A DNA stretch of 64,000 bases from Mobula hypostoma (Eukaryota): contig NC_086097.1 in the NCBI RefSeq assembly GCF_963921235.1, positions 11,904,001 through 11,968,000 of the forward strand, given 5' to 3'. Within the stretch, counting starts at the first letter, position 1. Each line of letters begins with the position of its first letter. The position numbers and the translations under genes are program-made. The notes beneath the pieces are model-generated. The model was not told the origin of the DNA. It saw only the letters and a program-made list of their open reading frames with translations, and ran no database searches. Below, piece by piece: positions 12,320-24,139 of the stretch.

Positions 12320-12692
12320 GAACATAAGACATAGGAGCAGAACGGCCATTCGGCCCATTGAGTCTTCTCTGCTATTTCATCATGGTGATACAGTTCCCTG
12401 TCAAGGCCATTCACCTGCCTTCTCCGCATAACCTTTCATGCCCTGACTAATCAAGAACCTATCAATCTCTACTTTAAACCTACTCAAATGACCTGGCCTC
12501 CTCAGCCACCTGAGGCAGAGAACTCTACAGATTCACCGTCCTTCGGCTAAAGTAGCTCCTCCACATCTCTGTTCAAAATGGATGTACCTCTATTCTGAGG
12601 CTGTGCTCTCTGGTCTAGCCTTCTCCACCAAAGGAAACATCCTCTTCACATCCACACTATCTAGGTCTCTGAACATTCGACAGGTTTCGATG
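12320..12692 (-). mobile_element. CR1 3' end fragment
   Basis: aacataagacataggagcag tail; similar to 6290-6670. Confidence 0.75.
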
Positions 12693-13022
12693 AAGGAAGG
12701 TCTATATTAGGATGGAAAGCAGAAGAAATGAGTGAACCAAATGGTAACAACAGGTGAAGGGGGGGGGTGGTGAATAATTAAACAGAGGGCTGTCAGTAAG
12801 GGGAGATGAACGGGATCTGTAAATTCCAGATGAGAGAGATGGATGACTGCTGGGAACATGTGTTGAAGGAATGAAGTCGCTGACACATGAGCAAGGACTC
12901 TTTATCTCGACTTTTTTTGCTTTCTATTTATTATTATTATTATATTATTTCTGTTTTGTATTTTCCCAGTTTGCTGTCTTTTGCACATGGTTGGCTGTCC
13001 TTCCTGCTGGGTGCGGTCTTTC

Positions 13023-13417
13023 TTCCATGGTCGTGACCGTTGATTCATCATATTCTCCTAATTCCCTTTTCCCCGTGTTCTCCCGGGCTCCTTAATTGTG
13101 GCACCTGATTCTCATCTAAACCTGCAGCATAAATACTTCGGCTTTGCATCCACTCGTCGCCAGATCGTTGTTTCAGCCAGTGTGGTAATTCATGTTCCCG
13201 GACGCTTAGGATTGTGTATTCTAAGTTTTGTTTCAGTACTGAGGTTTGCTTATGTAACTCTGTCTCTCCATGTCAAGATAAGTATTGCCTGCTGCCTGCC
13301 TTTCCATTCATCCTCCTGTTTGCCGTTCAGCTCCAGCCACGCTCACACCCTCGTCTGCATCCCAACTCAATCTCCGTGCCAGTGTCCTGCACTTGGGTTC
13401 ACCCATTTTTTGCAACA
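13023..13417 (+). repeat. 5' LTR
   Basis: Direct repeat of 17935-18330; ends tgcaaca; TATA-like cataaata at 13128-13135. Confidence 0.92.
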
Positions 13418-13433
13418 GAACTATCTGGCCATC

Positions 13434-14462
13434 GTGGACCCCGTGGACACAAATACCCTTCAACAAGCCCTCACCAGCCAGGGTTCCCTACTGGGAAAGC
13501 ACGACCAACTCTCCCGGGAGGTCATGGAGAACCTCTGTTCCCTGTCTGCTCACGTCATGCAGATCAGTAACCAGGTGGACCGTGTATCCACTCATTTTAC
13601 TCAACCCACTCCTGGAACCCAGGCTAGCCAGCCCAGACAGCCTGTAGCGGCAACACCGCAAGCTTCACCAACACCCCCGCCCAGCGAGCCTCACGTACCA
13701 GAGCTGGAGCACCACACAGGAGATTTGGGGAAGTGCCGGGGTTTCCTCCTTCAGTGCTCCCTGGTGTTTGAACAGCCGTTGTCGACTTACTCCACAGATA
13801 AGTCAATGATTGCTTATGTCATGGGGTTGCTGCGGGAGAGCGCATTAGCAAGGGCCACCGCAGTTTGGAACAATCAACCTGATATCTGCTGTTCTTTCGC
13901 CACCTTTATCGCGGAAATGAGAAAGATATTTGACCACCCCGTTCGTGGTAAAGACGCCGCCAAGCATCTCTGCCAGGGTTTCTGCAGTGTTGCTGAATAT
14001 TCAGTGGAGTTCCGGACATTAGCGGCCGCCTCAGGGTGGAACGATGAGTCACTCCAGGGGATTTTTCGGAATGGACTCAGCGACATGGTGAAGGACGAGT
14101 TGGCGGCGAGAGATGACATTGACAGCCCGGATTCCCTGATCTCCCTGGTCACCAGGTTGGACAATGGCCTCCGGGAGTGTCGTAGAGACAGAACTGGTCG
14201 TCCACCACCTTTGGCCACTTCTCGGCGCTCTTTACCGCCTCCCGCCAGAACAATCCCCTCTCCTCCTTCTGCACCCCGAGTAGCTCCCAGCCCAGCCGTT
14301 TCCACTGCCCCGGGAGAGGAACCCATGCAGCTGGGACGGAACTGCCTTTCTCCCGCTGAACGGCTCCGGGGATTGAGAGCGGCTGAGTGTCTATATTGCG
14401 GCCAGTCCAGCCACTTCCTTGCTACCTGCTCTCTTGGGCCAAACGCGGGGGCTCATCAGTAG
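13434..14462 (+). CDS. Gypsy Gag (retrotransposon gag domain plus CCHC zinc knuckle), open frame, start codon read as GTG
   Basis: GDLGKCRGFLLQC, SVAEYSVEFRTLAAASGWN, EEPMQLG, CLYCGQSSHFLATC; sushi/PEG10-like gag. Confidence 0.85.
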   Translation: MDPVDTNTLQQALTSQGSLLGKHDQLSREVMENLCSLSAHVMQISNQVDRVSTHFTQPTPGTQASQPRQPVAATPQASPTPPPSEPHVPELEHHTGDLGKCRGFLLQCSLVFEQPLSTYSTDKSMIAYVMGLLRESALARATAVWNNQPDICCSFATFIAEMRKIFDHPVRGKDAAKHLCQGFCSVAEYSVEFRTLAAASGWNDESLQGIFRNGLSDMVKDELAARDDIDSPDSLISLVTRLDNGLRECRRDRTGRPPPLATSRRSLPPPARTIPSPPSAPRVAPSPAVSTAPGEEPMQLGRNCLSPAERLRGLRAAECLYCGQSSHFLATCSLGPNAGAHQ

Positions 14463-17400
14463 CAGTGGGGACCCTGGTGAGCCAGACAACTTTCCATTTC
14501 ATCCCCCAACCCCGGATGCAGCTTCAAGCCACTCTGTGTCATAATCAACAGTCCTTGCCTCTGCTAGCGCTAGTGGACTCCGGCGCAGAGGGAAACTTCA
14601 TGGACGAAAACCTAGCCTTTCAAGCTGGTATTCCTCGTGAGCCTCTGTGTACCCCCCTGGATGCCAAGGTGCTAGACGGTAGATTCCTGGCCTGAGTCAC
14701 GCACTGCATGGAATCCCTGCTTCTCCTTCAGAGTCCATTGAGAACAGGTAAGATTCAATCTAATTTCCTCTCCTCAAGCCCCTTTAGTTCTCGGCTACCC
14801 TTGGCTAAGCCGTCATAACCCCCAGGTCGACTGGCCCACCAGGAAGATAGTCAACTGGAGCTCGTTCTGCCATTCCTCTTGCCTGCAATCAGCCCTTCCC
14901 CCAGTGGAGGTCACTGCGACATCATCCCCCTCTGAGCCCCTTGACTTGTCCATGGTTCCCGTAGAATATCATTATCTTGGAGAGGTGTTTAGTAAGGAAC
15001 GGGCCCTTTCTCTGCCTCCACATCACCCTTACAATTGCGCGATTGACCTTCTACCCGGAGCCTCGTTACCCACCAGTCAGCTGTACACCCTGTCCCGCCC
15101 AGAAGGAGAAGCTATGGAGACATACGTAAATGACTCCCTCGTGGCTGGCATCATCCGACCCTCATCTTCCCCTGTAGGTGCTGGTTTCTTCTTTGTGGGG
15201 AAGAAAGATGGCTCGCTACGCCCCCGCATTGACTACCGTGGCCTGAACAACATCACCATAAAGAATAAGTATCCTCTGCCTCTTATCAACTCAGCATTCA
15301 AGCCCCTTCACGGAGCCACAATTTTCTCTAAATTGGACTTGTGGAACGCCTATCACCTGGTCGGGATACGGGAGGGAGATGAATGGAAGAAAGCCTTTAA
15401 CACCCCCCTCGGTCATTTTGAATGTCTGGTGATGCCTTTTGGCCTGACCAATGCTCCCACGGTGTCCCAGGCTCTGGTCACTTAGGGACTTTATTAACCG
15501 ACTTTTGTTTATCTGGACGATATCCTAATCTTCTCCCATAACCTTCAGGAGCATACCCACCATGTCCGTCAGATTTTTCAGAGGCTTTTGGAGAACAAAC
15601 TATTTGTTATGGCCGAGAAGTGCGAGTTCCATGCCCATTTCATCAGTTTCCTGGGGTACATCATTGAGAGCGGGCAGGTGAGGGCAGATCCCGAAAAGGT
15701 CCGAGCAGTAGCAGAGTGGTCAAACCCACGATGCTTAAACAGCTCCAGCGATTTCTGAGATTTGCCAATTTCTACCATCACTTCATTAGGGACTACAGCT
15801 GGGTGGCAGCACCCCTTACCCAGCTCACCTCTCCTGCGACCCCCAAAGCGGACCCAGCCTTCTCGGAGCTGAAGAGGCGTTTCACCTCTGCTCCCATCCT
15901 GGTCCAACCTGACCCCTCTCGCCAATTCATTGTGGAAGTAGACGCCTCTGACTCTGGGGTGAGGGTGGTCCTCTCTCAACGCTCCGTCCCAGACCAAAAG
16001 CTCCATCCCTGTGCCTTCTTCTTTTACCGTCTATCCCCTGCTGAACGAAACTACGACGTTGGTAACTGGGAGTTGCTGTCCATTCTTATGGTCTGTCCAA
16101 ACGATGAATGGGTGTTCTGCCCCTTCCAGCCAGTACCTCCACTCCTCCAAACTTGCCTTGGAGGAGTGGAGGTACTGGTTGGAGAGGGCAGAACACCCAT
16201 TCATCGTTTGGACAGACCATAAGAATCTGGCATACACTCAGACAGCTAAACGCCTTAACTCCCGCCCAGCCCGTTGGGCACTGTTCTTTGGCCGTTTCAG
16301 TTTCACTCTAACCTACCATCCTGGTTCCAGGAACGTAAAGCCAGATGCTCTCTCTCGCCAGTACGTCTCTGAGGAGGACCTTTCCAATCCTGATACCATC
16401 CTTCCACCATCCTGTGTCGTAGCTGCCCTCACCTGGGAGATCAAGGTCGTAGTTAGAGAGGCCCAGTGGACTCAACCAGACCCAGGCAATGGCCCCCCAG
16501 TCGTCTCTTCATGACTGACTCTGTCCATTCTCAGGTTCTCCAGTGGGGGAATACTTCCCGGTTCGCCTACCATCCTGGAATCAGTCGAACCCTATCCCTT
16601 TTGAAGCAACATTTCTGGTGGCCCACCATAGATGCTGACACTCACTCCTTCGTCTCTGCCTGTACTGTGTGTGCCCGTGGAAAAGCCTCCCATCGGCCAC
16701 CTGCTGGGCTGCTTTGTCCCCTACCTGTCCCTGGTGGCCCTTGGTCCCACATTGCTCTTGATTTCGTCACTGGACTACCCCCTTCACATGGGAACACAGC
16801 TATACTCACCGTGGTGGACCGTTTTTCCAAAGCCGTGCACTTCATAACCCTTCCCAAACTCCCTACAGCCTGTGAAATTGCCGACCTCTTTGTCCAACAC
16901 ATCTTCCGCCTTCATGGAATTCCCTCTGACATTGTTTCTGACCAGGCCCCCAGTTCATCTCCCAAGTCTGGAGATCCTTCTGTCAAGCCCTCGGAGCTTC
17001 AGTAAGTCTGTCTTCCAGTTTCCATCCACAGACTAACGGTCAAACGGAGCGAGCAAATCAGGACTTGGAAGCAGCACTGTGCAGCATTTCCGCCAGTAAC
17101 CCATCATCATTCAGGGTGGAGCAAACGTCTCACTTGGATTGAGTATGCCCACAGCTCCCTGACCTGCATTGCCACCAGTACGTCCCCTTTCGAAGCTCCC
17201 TGAACTATCAACCTCCTCTATTTCCTGCCCATGAAGACGACATCGCTGTGCCTTCAGTTGAGGCCCATCTCCGCCGGTGCCGCAATGTCTGGAAGGATGC
17301 ACGCATGGCCCTGCTCCGCTCCGCTGACCGCAACCAGAGTATCACCGATCGCCACCAGATTCCAGCACCCAACTATCAGCCTGGTCAGAAGGTTTGGCTC

Positions 17401-17900
17401 TCTTCAAGAGACATCCCCCCCAAAACCAAATCCAAGAAACTCACGCAACACACATAAAAATTGCTAGTAAACGCAGCAGGCCAGGCAGCATCTATAGGAA
17501 GAGTGACAGTCGACGTTTCGGGCCGGGACCCTTTGCCACGAAACTCACCTCTCGTTACATCGGACCATTTGAAATCGAGTGCATCATCAACCCCTTGGTG
17601 GTCAAACTCAAGCTACCCAGATCCATGCGCATTCATCCCATGTTCCACGTCGGACAACTGAAACCTGTGTCTGTCAGCACTTTGTGCCCTCCTGCTGAAC
17701 CTCCTCCACCCGCCCGGGTCATCGACGAACACCCAGCTTACACCGTCCGGCGAATACTGGATGTGCACTGCCGAGGCAGGGGTTTCCAGTACCTCGTCGA
17801 TTGGGAGGGATACAGTCCTGAGGAGCGCACTTGGATTCCCCGCTCCTTCATCTTAGACCCCTCCCACATCCGAGACTTCATTGCGACAATCCGGACAAGC
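14463..17900 (+). pseudogene. Gypsy Pol: protease, RT, RNase H, integrase, chromodomain; multiple stops and frameshifts
   Basis: [33 protein letters not shown] (15510-15521); VDASD, TDHKNL; IALDF, IVSD, NGQTER; YTVRRILD..YLVDWEGY chromodomain. Confidence 0.93.
17445..17539 (-). mobile_element. 95-bp PLE pLTR-end insertion inside the gypsy integrase
   Basis: Matches the pLTR end; 9-bp TSD gaaactcac at 17436-17444 and 17540-17548. Confidence 0.9.
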
Positions 17901-17934
17901 CTGGAGGGTCCCGTTTGGGGGGGGGGGCGGGTAC

Positions 17935-18330
17935 TGTCACAGTCTCGACCGTTGATTACCTATATTCTCCTAATTCCCTTTTCCCCGTGTTCTCCCGGGT
18001 TCCTTTATTGCGGCACACCTGATTCTCATCTAAACCTGCAGCATAAATACCCCAGCTTTGCATCCACTCGTCGCCAGATCGTTGTTTCAGCCAGTATGGT
18101 AATTCACGTTCCCGGCGCTTAGGATTGTGTATTCTAAGTCTTGTTTCAGTACTGAAGTTTGCCTGTGTAACTCTATCTCTCCGTGTCAAGAGAAGCATTG
18201 CCTGCCGCCTGCCTTTCCGTTCATCCTCCTGTTTGCTGTTCAGCTCCAGCCACGCTCATGCCCTCGTCTGTATCCCAACTCTATCTCTGTGCCAGTGTCC
18301 TGTGTTTGGGATCACCCATTCCTTGCAATA
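17935..18330 (+). repeat. 3' LTR
   Basis: Starts tgtcac right after the PPT; direct repeat of 13023-13417. Confidence 0.92.
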
Positions 18331-19103
18331 CTTTCATTGATTCTATTGTGTTTCTCGGATTTACTGTGAATGCCCACAAGAAAATGAATCTCCGGATTGT
18401 ATATGGTGATATAGATACTTTGATAATAAATTTCCTTTGAACTTTGAGTGTAAAAGACTGTAAAATACCTAGTCCATTAGCTGGACGCGATCACCAAAAC
18501 CTAAGCTGACTGGTAATGTTATGGTAATGTCTTTACCTTCTATTCTAATGATGTTAAAATCCGTTTATCATTACCACATAGTCTTTATGCAGGTTTTTGT
18601 TATCAAACTCTAAAATCAATCTAGCTTGAAACCTTTGAAAATTTTTTACGTGTTTTCTAAAGTATCCAGTAGTTGAATGATCATGAAAACAAACCAATAC
18701 AAAATATTTTGATTTTCTGTTTTTTAGGAAGAGCTGCTTATTTCTGAAACACTTGCTATTTATTTAATACTGTTCTGCTGCAGAAACAATATATATCTGG
18801 TCATATGCTCAAATTAGTACTGAACATGTTTCTTAATGTAATTGCATTTTCACTCATCTTTTTAAAGAGTCACCAATTTTCAGATAAATGCAGCTTTGCC
18901 TTTACTTAAAGATGAATAACCTGAATAATAATAATAATTTTAGTTATGTAGCATTTTTATTACATTAAAATGCAGGCTCAAAATGCTTTACATAGAGTAG
19001 ATTGTAAAGAAAAATCAATAGGGTCATAAAAATACAAGACAAAATTAAAAATCATAAGGAAAGACAAACATTATATAGAATGAAATGTAATCGGATATAC
19101 CAA

Positions 19104-19328
19104 ATTGTCTCTCAAATTCCCTAACCCTGCCCTAAGAGGTGGAAATGGGTAAAGCCAGCCAACAGGGCTCTGGTGAAGCTGTAGATGCCAATCCCCTGTA
19201 CAGTGGACACAATGGATTACAGAAACATCGATGAACTCCAACCAGACTATCGACTTTGGACGATGGAGATAGGAGGTCTTCGATGACCTATGTTCCACCG
19301 GGAGCGAAGGGCCCAAGTAAGTAAGTAA
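19104..19328 (+). mobile_element. RTE-clade LINE-derived 3' fragment
   Basis: Ends ...DDLCSTGSEGPK* plus (TAAG)n tail; 9-bp TSD atataccaa at 19095-19103 and 19329-19337. Confidence 0.75.
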
Positions 19329-19428
19329 ATATACCAAGTTATATAAATATAATCAATGTCAACAAGCATTAAGTAATCCTATAAATAGGCCAAATTGAAA
19401 AAGTAGGTTTCTAGAAGTGTTTTGAAAC

Positions 19429-20058
19429 GGGAGGAGAAGCTGGCAGCGCAACGCAGCACGCGCAGATCTCTGGTGAAATGATATCATATTTGTAAGTAGG
19501 ACGCCGTGCACAATTCTGATTTGATGGAGACAGATGTGAGAAGTAGAGGAACATCCAGAGAAATTTCTGAAATGCCCGGTTCGCTGCCACTGCTACTGTG
19601 CGATCGAGAATCTCCGGAGGGAAGGTCCCAAAGTCCCCGGCTTTGCCTGCTGTTGGCGACCGAGGCTGAGGTCGAAGCATTCGGCAGAGATGATGCTCGG
19701 TACTCGGTGTCGGAGGGCTGATCAGAGCTCGAAGTTTTCGGATGACTCAGAGTCAGACTGTGGTTGAGCATGGCAGGGAGAGTTTTCTTCCTTCTCCCGT
19801 CTGCGTGAGATGTGGGCTTTTGGGAGACTTTAAACTTTTTTACTGTGCTCATGGACTGTTCTTCATCAAGTTATGGTATTGTTGCACTGTTGTAACTACA
19901 TGTCAAAATTATATGGTTTTTGTTAGTTTTTCAGTCTTGGTCTGTCTTGTGTTTCTGTGATATCACGCCTGAGGAATATTGTATCATTTCTTAATGCATG
20001 CATTACTAAATGACAATAAAATAGGACTGTGTGTCCTCATAATCTAACCTATTCTAAT
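19429..20058 (+). mobile_element. ~630-bp non-autonomous retroelement, copy 1 of 4
   Basis: Highly similar copies at 22336-22836, 46831-47461 and 63463-64000; AATAAA plus (ATCTA)n tail. Confidence 0.85.
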
Positions 20059-21104
20059 TTAACATTCCATAGTACTAGCCTGGTGTGTCTCATTTGGTAG
20101 AGTATTCTAGATTTTTGGTGCAAAAGAGCAATAAGGCCACATCACCAGTTCTTATAAGCTTGGCTCTAGGAACACTAAGGAAACATTACATACATGGATT
20201 ATATGTACAAGATCAAGAGGACCTGGAATTCAATTTCATATAGTATTATTTAATTTTTAAAAATCTGCGTGTTTTGTACTGCAAAGAACATTTGGTTCCG
20301 CAAAAGCCAAAGCATCTAATTAACTCTAGTGGCCTCTTTTTGCCTCCAAGTTCTTACCAAGGTAAGACAGTGCTTGGAATGAGTATTTTTTTTATTGTTA
20401 GACTGGATATTTCAATTTATTCTTTTGAAGCTGTAATTCAGCACATCTCTCATTCACAGAATACTGCACAAGTGTGAACTTTAGGCGGCTGCATATTAAA
20501 ATGCGGAGAACTGCAATCATGAACATCATCATATCAGTTGAAGGGCCCACTTTTACAGTGCGGGCTGCTTCATGTGACTGTATTGAAGCATTAAGTACTG
20601 CTCCAACACCCTTCCTCTTTCAAGCTATTTACACAACCTCATTATCATTATGCATTGATGTATTCTCTAACAAGTATTAGCTCAATCTGTTGAATAAACA
20701 TTGCTGCCATGAAATCCTGAGGCAGTGGAGAAATAATGTACTTAAATATTGCCACATGTCTTGTCATATTCCATTAAGACCTTGACAGGCACTCTGAAAC
20801 AATAGAATTCAGGTGTTTCCCTTACAGGGCTCCTGTAATCTGAAAGATCCTGAAAGGGCTGTGAATTTAGCTTGCACAATACCAACAACTTCCACATGCT
20901 TTGAGACTAAAACACTGACTAACACTAAAGAGAGGGAAGATGGAAGATCTAGTATGTTCAGAGCTCATTTTTTTTAAATGTGGTTAAACTGTACATACTT
21001 TGTGTATAAACACAGAGGTTCTGCAAAAGCAACTTTCTGAAGTTTTTCTTTTATTCATTGTAAATATGCAGTACATATACCTGTAAATTTTTTTGTGGTT
21101 GACT

Positions 21105-21392
21105 TCAGGATTGAAGGATGTCCTTTTAGAACTGAGACGCGCAGAAATTATTTTAGCCAGAGGGTAGTAAATCTGTGGAATTTGTTGCCATGAGCAGCTG
21201 TGGAGGCCAAGTCATTTGGTGTATCTAAGGCGGAGATAGATAGGTTCTTGATTAGCCAGGGCATCAAAGGGTATGGGGAGAAGGCAGGGGAGAGGGGATG
21301 ACTGGAAGAATTGGATCAGCCCATGACTGAATGGCGGAGCAGACTCAATGGGCTGAATGGCCTACTTCTGTTCCTATATCTTATGGTCCTAA
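21105..21392 (+). mobile_element. CR1 3' end fragment
   Basis: ttttagccagagggtagtaaatctgtggaat...gggctgaatggcctacttctg. Confidence 0.75.
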
Positions 21393-21809
21393 GGTTGTAT
21401 TTTACCAAAATCCTATATTTTCTTGCTATCTTGTATACGCGAGGACTAGGCCTCAAGCCATGGTGTTGCCTGTTTACAGCTGCCAGGAGAGAGGTGTCGG
21501 AGCCGGTGTGTTCCACCGGGGGCAGTGTGGTGCGGTGTTCAGGCTGGAGTCAGTGCCGCCCCCACGGTGTACACTCTGCAGAAGACAGGCTCTATTGTAG
21601 TCCTCTGCAGATTTCTGTGGTGTTGGAAGGCTATAATTTAATTGAGGGGCTATATCTCTCTATTTTATACATGCTATGTGTGCTTTGTGCTGTGTGTGAC
21701 TGTTGGTACTGTGTTTGGCACCTTGGCCCCAGAGTAGCGCTGTCTCATTTGGCTGTACTCATGAGTATTCATGTACAGTTGAATGACAATCAAACTTGAA
21801 TTGAGTTTA

Positions 21810-22112
21810 TTTTTTATTTAGTGATACAGCATAGAATAGGCTTTTCTGGCCCTTTGAGCCACACCACTGAGAAACCCCGATTAACCCTTAGCCAAACGCA
21901 GAACAATTTGTAATGACCAAATAACCTAACTGGTTCATCTTTGGACTGTGGGAGGACACCAGAGCACCTGGGGGAAACCGATGCATTCAATTGGGAGAAC
22001 ATACATTCAGAGACTCAGAGGTTACAAAATGGCACTGAAATTGAACTTGAAACTCCAGAATGCCCCAAGCTGTAATAGCATTGTGCTAACCGCTACACTA
22101 CCATGATGCCCA
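21810..22112 (-). mobile_element. HE1-like V-SINE
   Basis: ttggactgtgggaggacaccagagcacc V-domain (reverse); similar to 33946-34227. Confidence 0.7.
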
Positions 22113-22335
22113 TGCCAGCACCTCTCACGCTCACTAATCCTCCCATCCATAAAGTGAAGAAAAGTGGGTTCAGGGAATTTCTATCGATAAATACAAGAGA
22201 TTCTGCAGATGCTGCAAATCCAGAGCAACAAACACAAAACGCTGAAGGAACTCAGCAGGTCAGACACTTTCTATGGAAATGAATAAACAGTTGATGTTTC
22301 TGGCCGAGGCCAAGAGACTTCATCAAAATACTGAG

Positions 22336-22836
22336 TTAGATTATGAAGACACGTAGTCCCCTTTCATTGTCATTTAGTAATGCATGCATTAAGAAATGAT
22401 GCATTATTTCCTCCAGTGTGATATCACAAAAACACAGGACAAACCGAGACTGGAAAAACTGACAAAACCACATAATTAGAACATATAGTTACAAACAGTG
22501 TAACAATACCATAACTTGATGAAGAAGTCCGTGAGCACAGCAAAGTTCAAAGTTTCTCAAATATCCCACATCTCACGCAGATGGGAGAAGGAAGAAAAAC
22601 TCTCCCTGCCATGCCGATCACAATCCGACTCTGAGTCATTCGAAAACTTCGAGCTCTGATCAGCTCTCCGACACCGAGTACTGAGCGCCATCTCTGTCCG
22701 AGCGATTCAACCTCTTTCTCGGTCGCCAAAAGCAAGCAAGGCCGGGGATTTTGAGGCCTACCCTCTGAAAAATTCCTGACCACACAGTAACGACAGCAGC
22801 GGATGGGCGTTTCAGGAATTTCTCCAGATGTTCCTC
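22336..22836 (-). mobile_element. ~630-bp non-autonomous retroelement, 5'-truncated copy 2, inserted in a PLE mini-element (22190-22335, 22837-22860)
   Basis: Reverse complement of 19545-20050; flanks rejoin as ctgagtt|cctccagcattttg. Confidence 0.8.
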
Positions 22837-23004
22837 CAGCATTTTGTCTTTGTAACTCATACTTCGTGAATATCTGTTTGTTTTGTTGCAACAAGAATTA
22901 TAATGTTAAAAAAAATTGCAGAAACAAAAATAGGAAATGCTAGAAACATTCAGGCAAGCATTTGTGGAAAGAGAAATAGAGTTAATGTTCAGGTCTCAGA
23001 CTTA

Positions 23005-23710
23005 GCCATACATTCATAAGTGTAAAGGGAGTAGACCAGGGAACTAAACACATAGCCTTGTGTGCACCTGTGCTGATGGAGATTGTGGAGGCGATGTTGT
23101 TGCCAAACCAAACTGACTGGGGTCTGCAAGTGAGGAAGTCAAGTGTCCAATTCCACAAGGAGGTATGGAGGCCAAGGTCTTGAAGCTTATTGATGAATTT
23201 TGAGGGGATGATGGCATTGAGTGGCAAGCTGTCGTCGATGAAGAATCCTGATATATGCATCCAGTTGTTCCAGGTTGAGTGAAGAGCCAATGAATTGGCA
23301 TCTGCTGTGGACCTGTTGTGCCAATATAAATTGGAGTGGATCCAAGTTGCTTCTCAGGCAGGAGATGATACCTTTCATCATCCATCTCTCAAAATACTTC
23401 ATCACAGTGAATGTAAGTGCTGCTGGACGATACTCATTGAGACAGGTTACCATGTTCTTCTGAGGCACCGGTATAATTGAAGCTTGCTTAAAGCAGGTGA
23501 GTACCTCTGACTGCTGAAGTGAGAGGTTGAAGATATCAGTGAACACTCCAACCAGATGATCAGCACAGATCTTCAGATCTACTTAGTCAGGTGCCCCATT
23601 TGGGCCAGCTGTTTTCCATGGGTTCACCCTCCTGAGGGGTGCTCTCATGTCAGCCTGAGTCTGAAATCCCAGGGTCATCAGGGACTGAGGGAGTTTGTGA
23701 TTGTTCCTCA
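23005..23710 (-). mobile_element. Rex1/Babar LINE RT fragment
   Basis: FTDIFNLSLQQSEV..CFKQASIIPVP..LNEYRPAAL, LDPLQF, WTLDFLTCRPQSV. Confidence 0.85.
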
Positions 23711-24139
23711 ATGTCTTAAATGGGCAGTTCGGATACAATCAGAAAGAAAGTGTGATTACCAAAGTTGCAAAACTTGATATCGAGAAATGGCGATACAGGT
23801 GAACCAGAAGGTTGACAGAAAAAATGCAAGAGAAAAAGTTAGAGCTTACAGGAAAAACTCCTATTATAAAGGTTAGGGACTCCTTTATTTAATGATTAAG
23901 CTATGGTCTAATGTAGGGATTTAAAGTGTATAAAGATTTTGATAGACATTCACAAAGTTGTTACACTTGGTAGAAGTGTAATCAAAATATGATAGTCATG
24001 AAGAAGTTTAATAATTCAGAAGTGAGTGCTGCCAAGGGTAATAGTAGAAGCAGTTATGATAGCAATGTTTTTGAGGCATTTGAAAAGACACAGGAACAGG
24101 CAGAAAATGGGGGGGGGGAGGGCTGGATATTTATCTATT

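Larger units (their letters stand above)
13023..18330 (+). mobile_element. Full-length decayed Ty3/Gypsy chromoviral (Tf1/sushi-like) LTR retrotransposon
   Basis: LTRs 13023-13417 and 17935-18330; 5-bp TSD ctttc at 13018-13022 and 18331-18335; G-rich PPT 17917-17931; gag-PR-RT-RH-IN-chromodomain order; interrupts a LINE 3' UTR seen intact at ~46440-46580. Confidence 0.96.
18925..20190 (-). mobile_element. Old L2-type LINE 3' end, split by two younger insertions
   Basis: Minus strand tgtaaagcattttgagcctgcattt...tgctacataac...(att)n resembles the fish L2 3' terminus; extent approximate. Confidence 0.5.

Noticed and set aside
13098..13433. N-terminal extension of the 454-aa ORF
   Set aside because: It lies in the 5' LTR and PBS and is duplicated in the 3' LTR; real gag similarity begins near 13434
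13434..17900. Possible domesticated PEG10/RTL1-like host gene
   Set aside because: Both LTRs, PPT and TSD are present and pol is disrupted, so this is an ordinary retrotransposon copy
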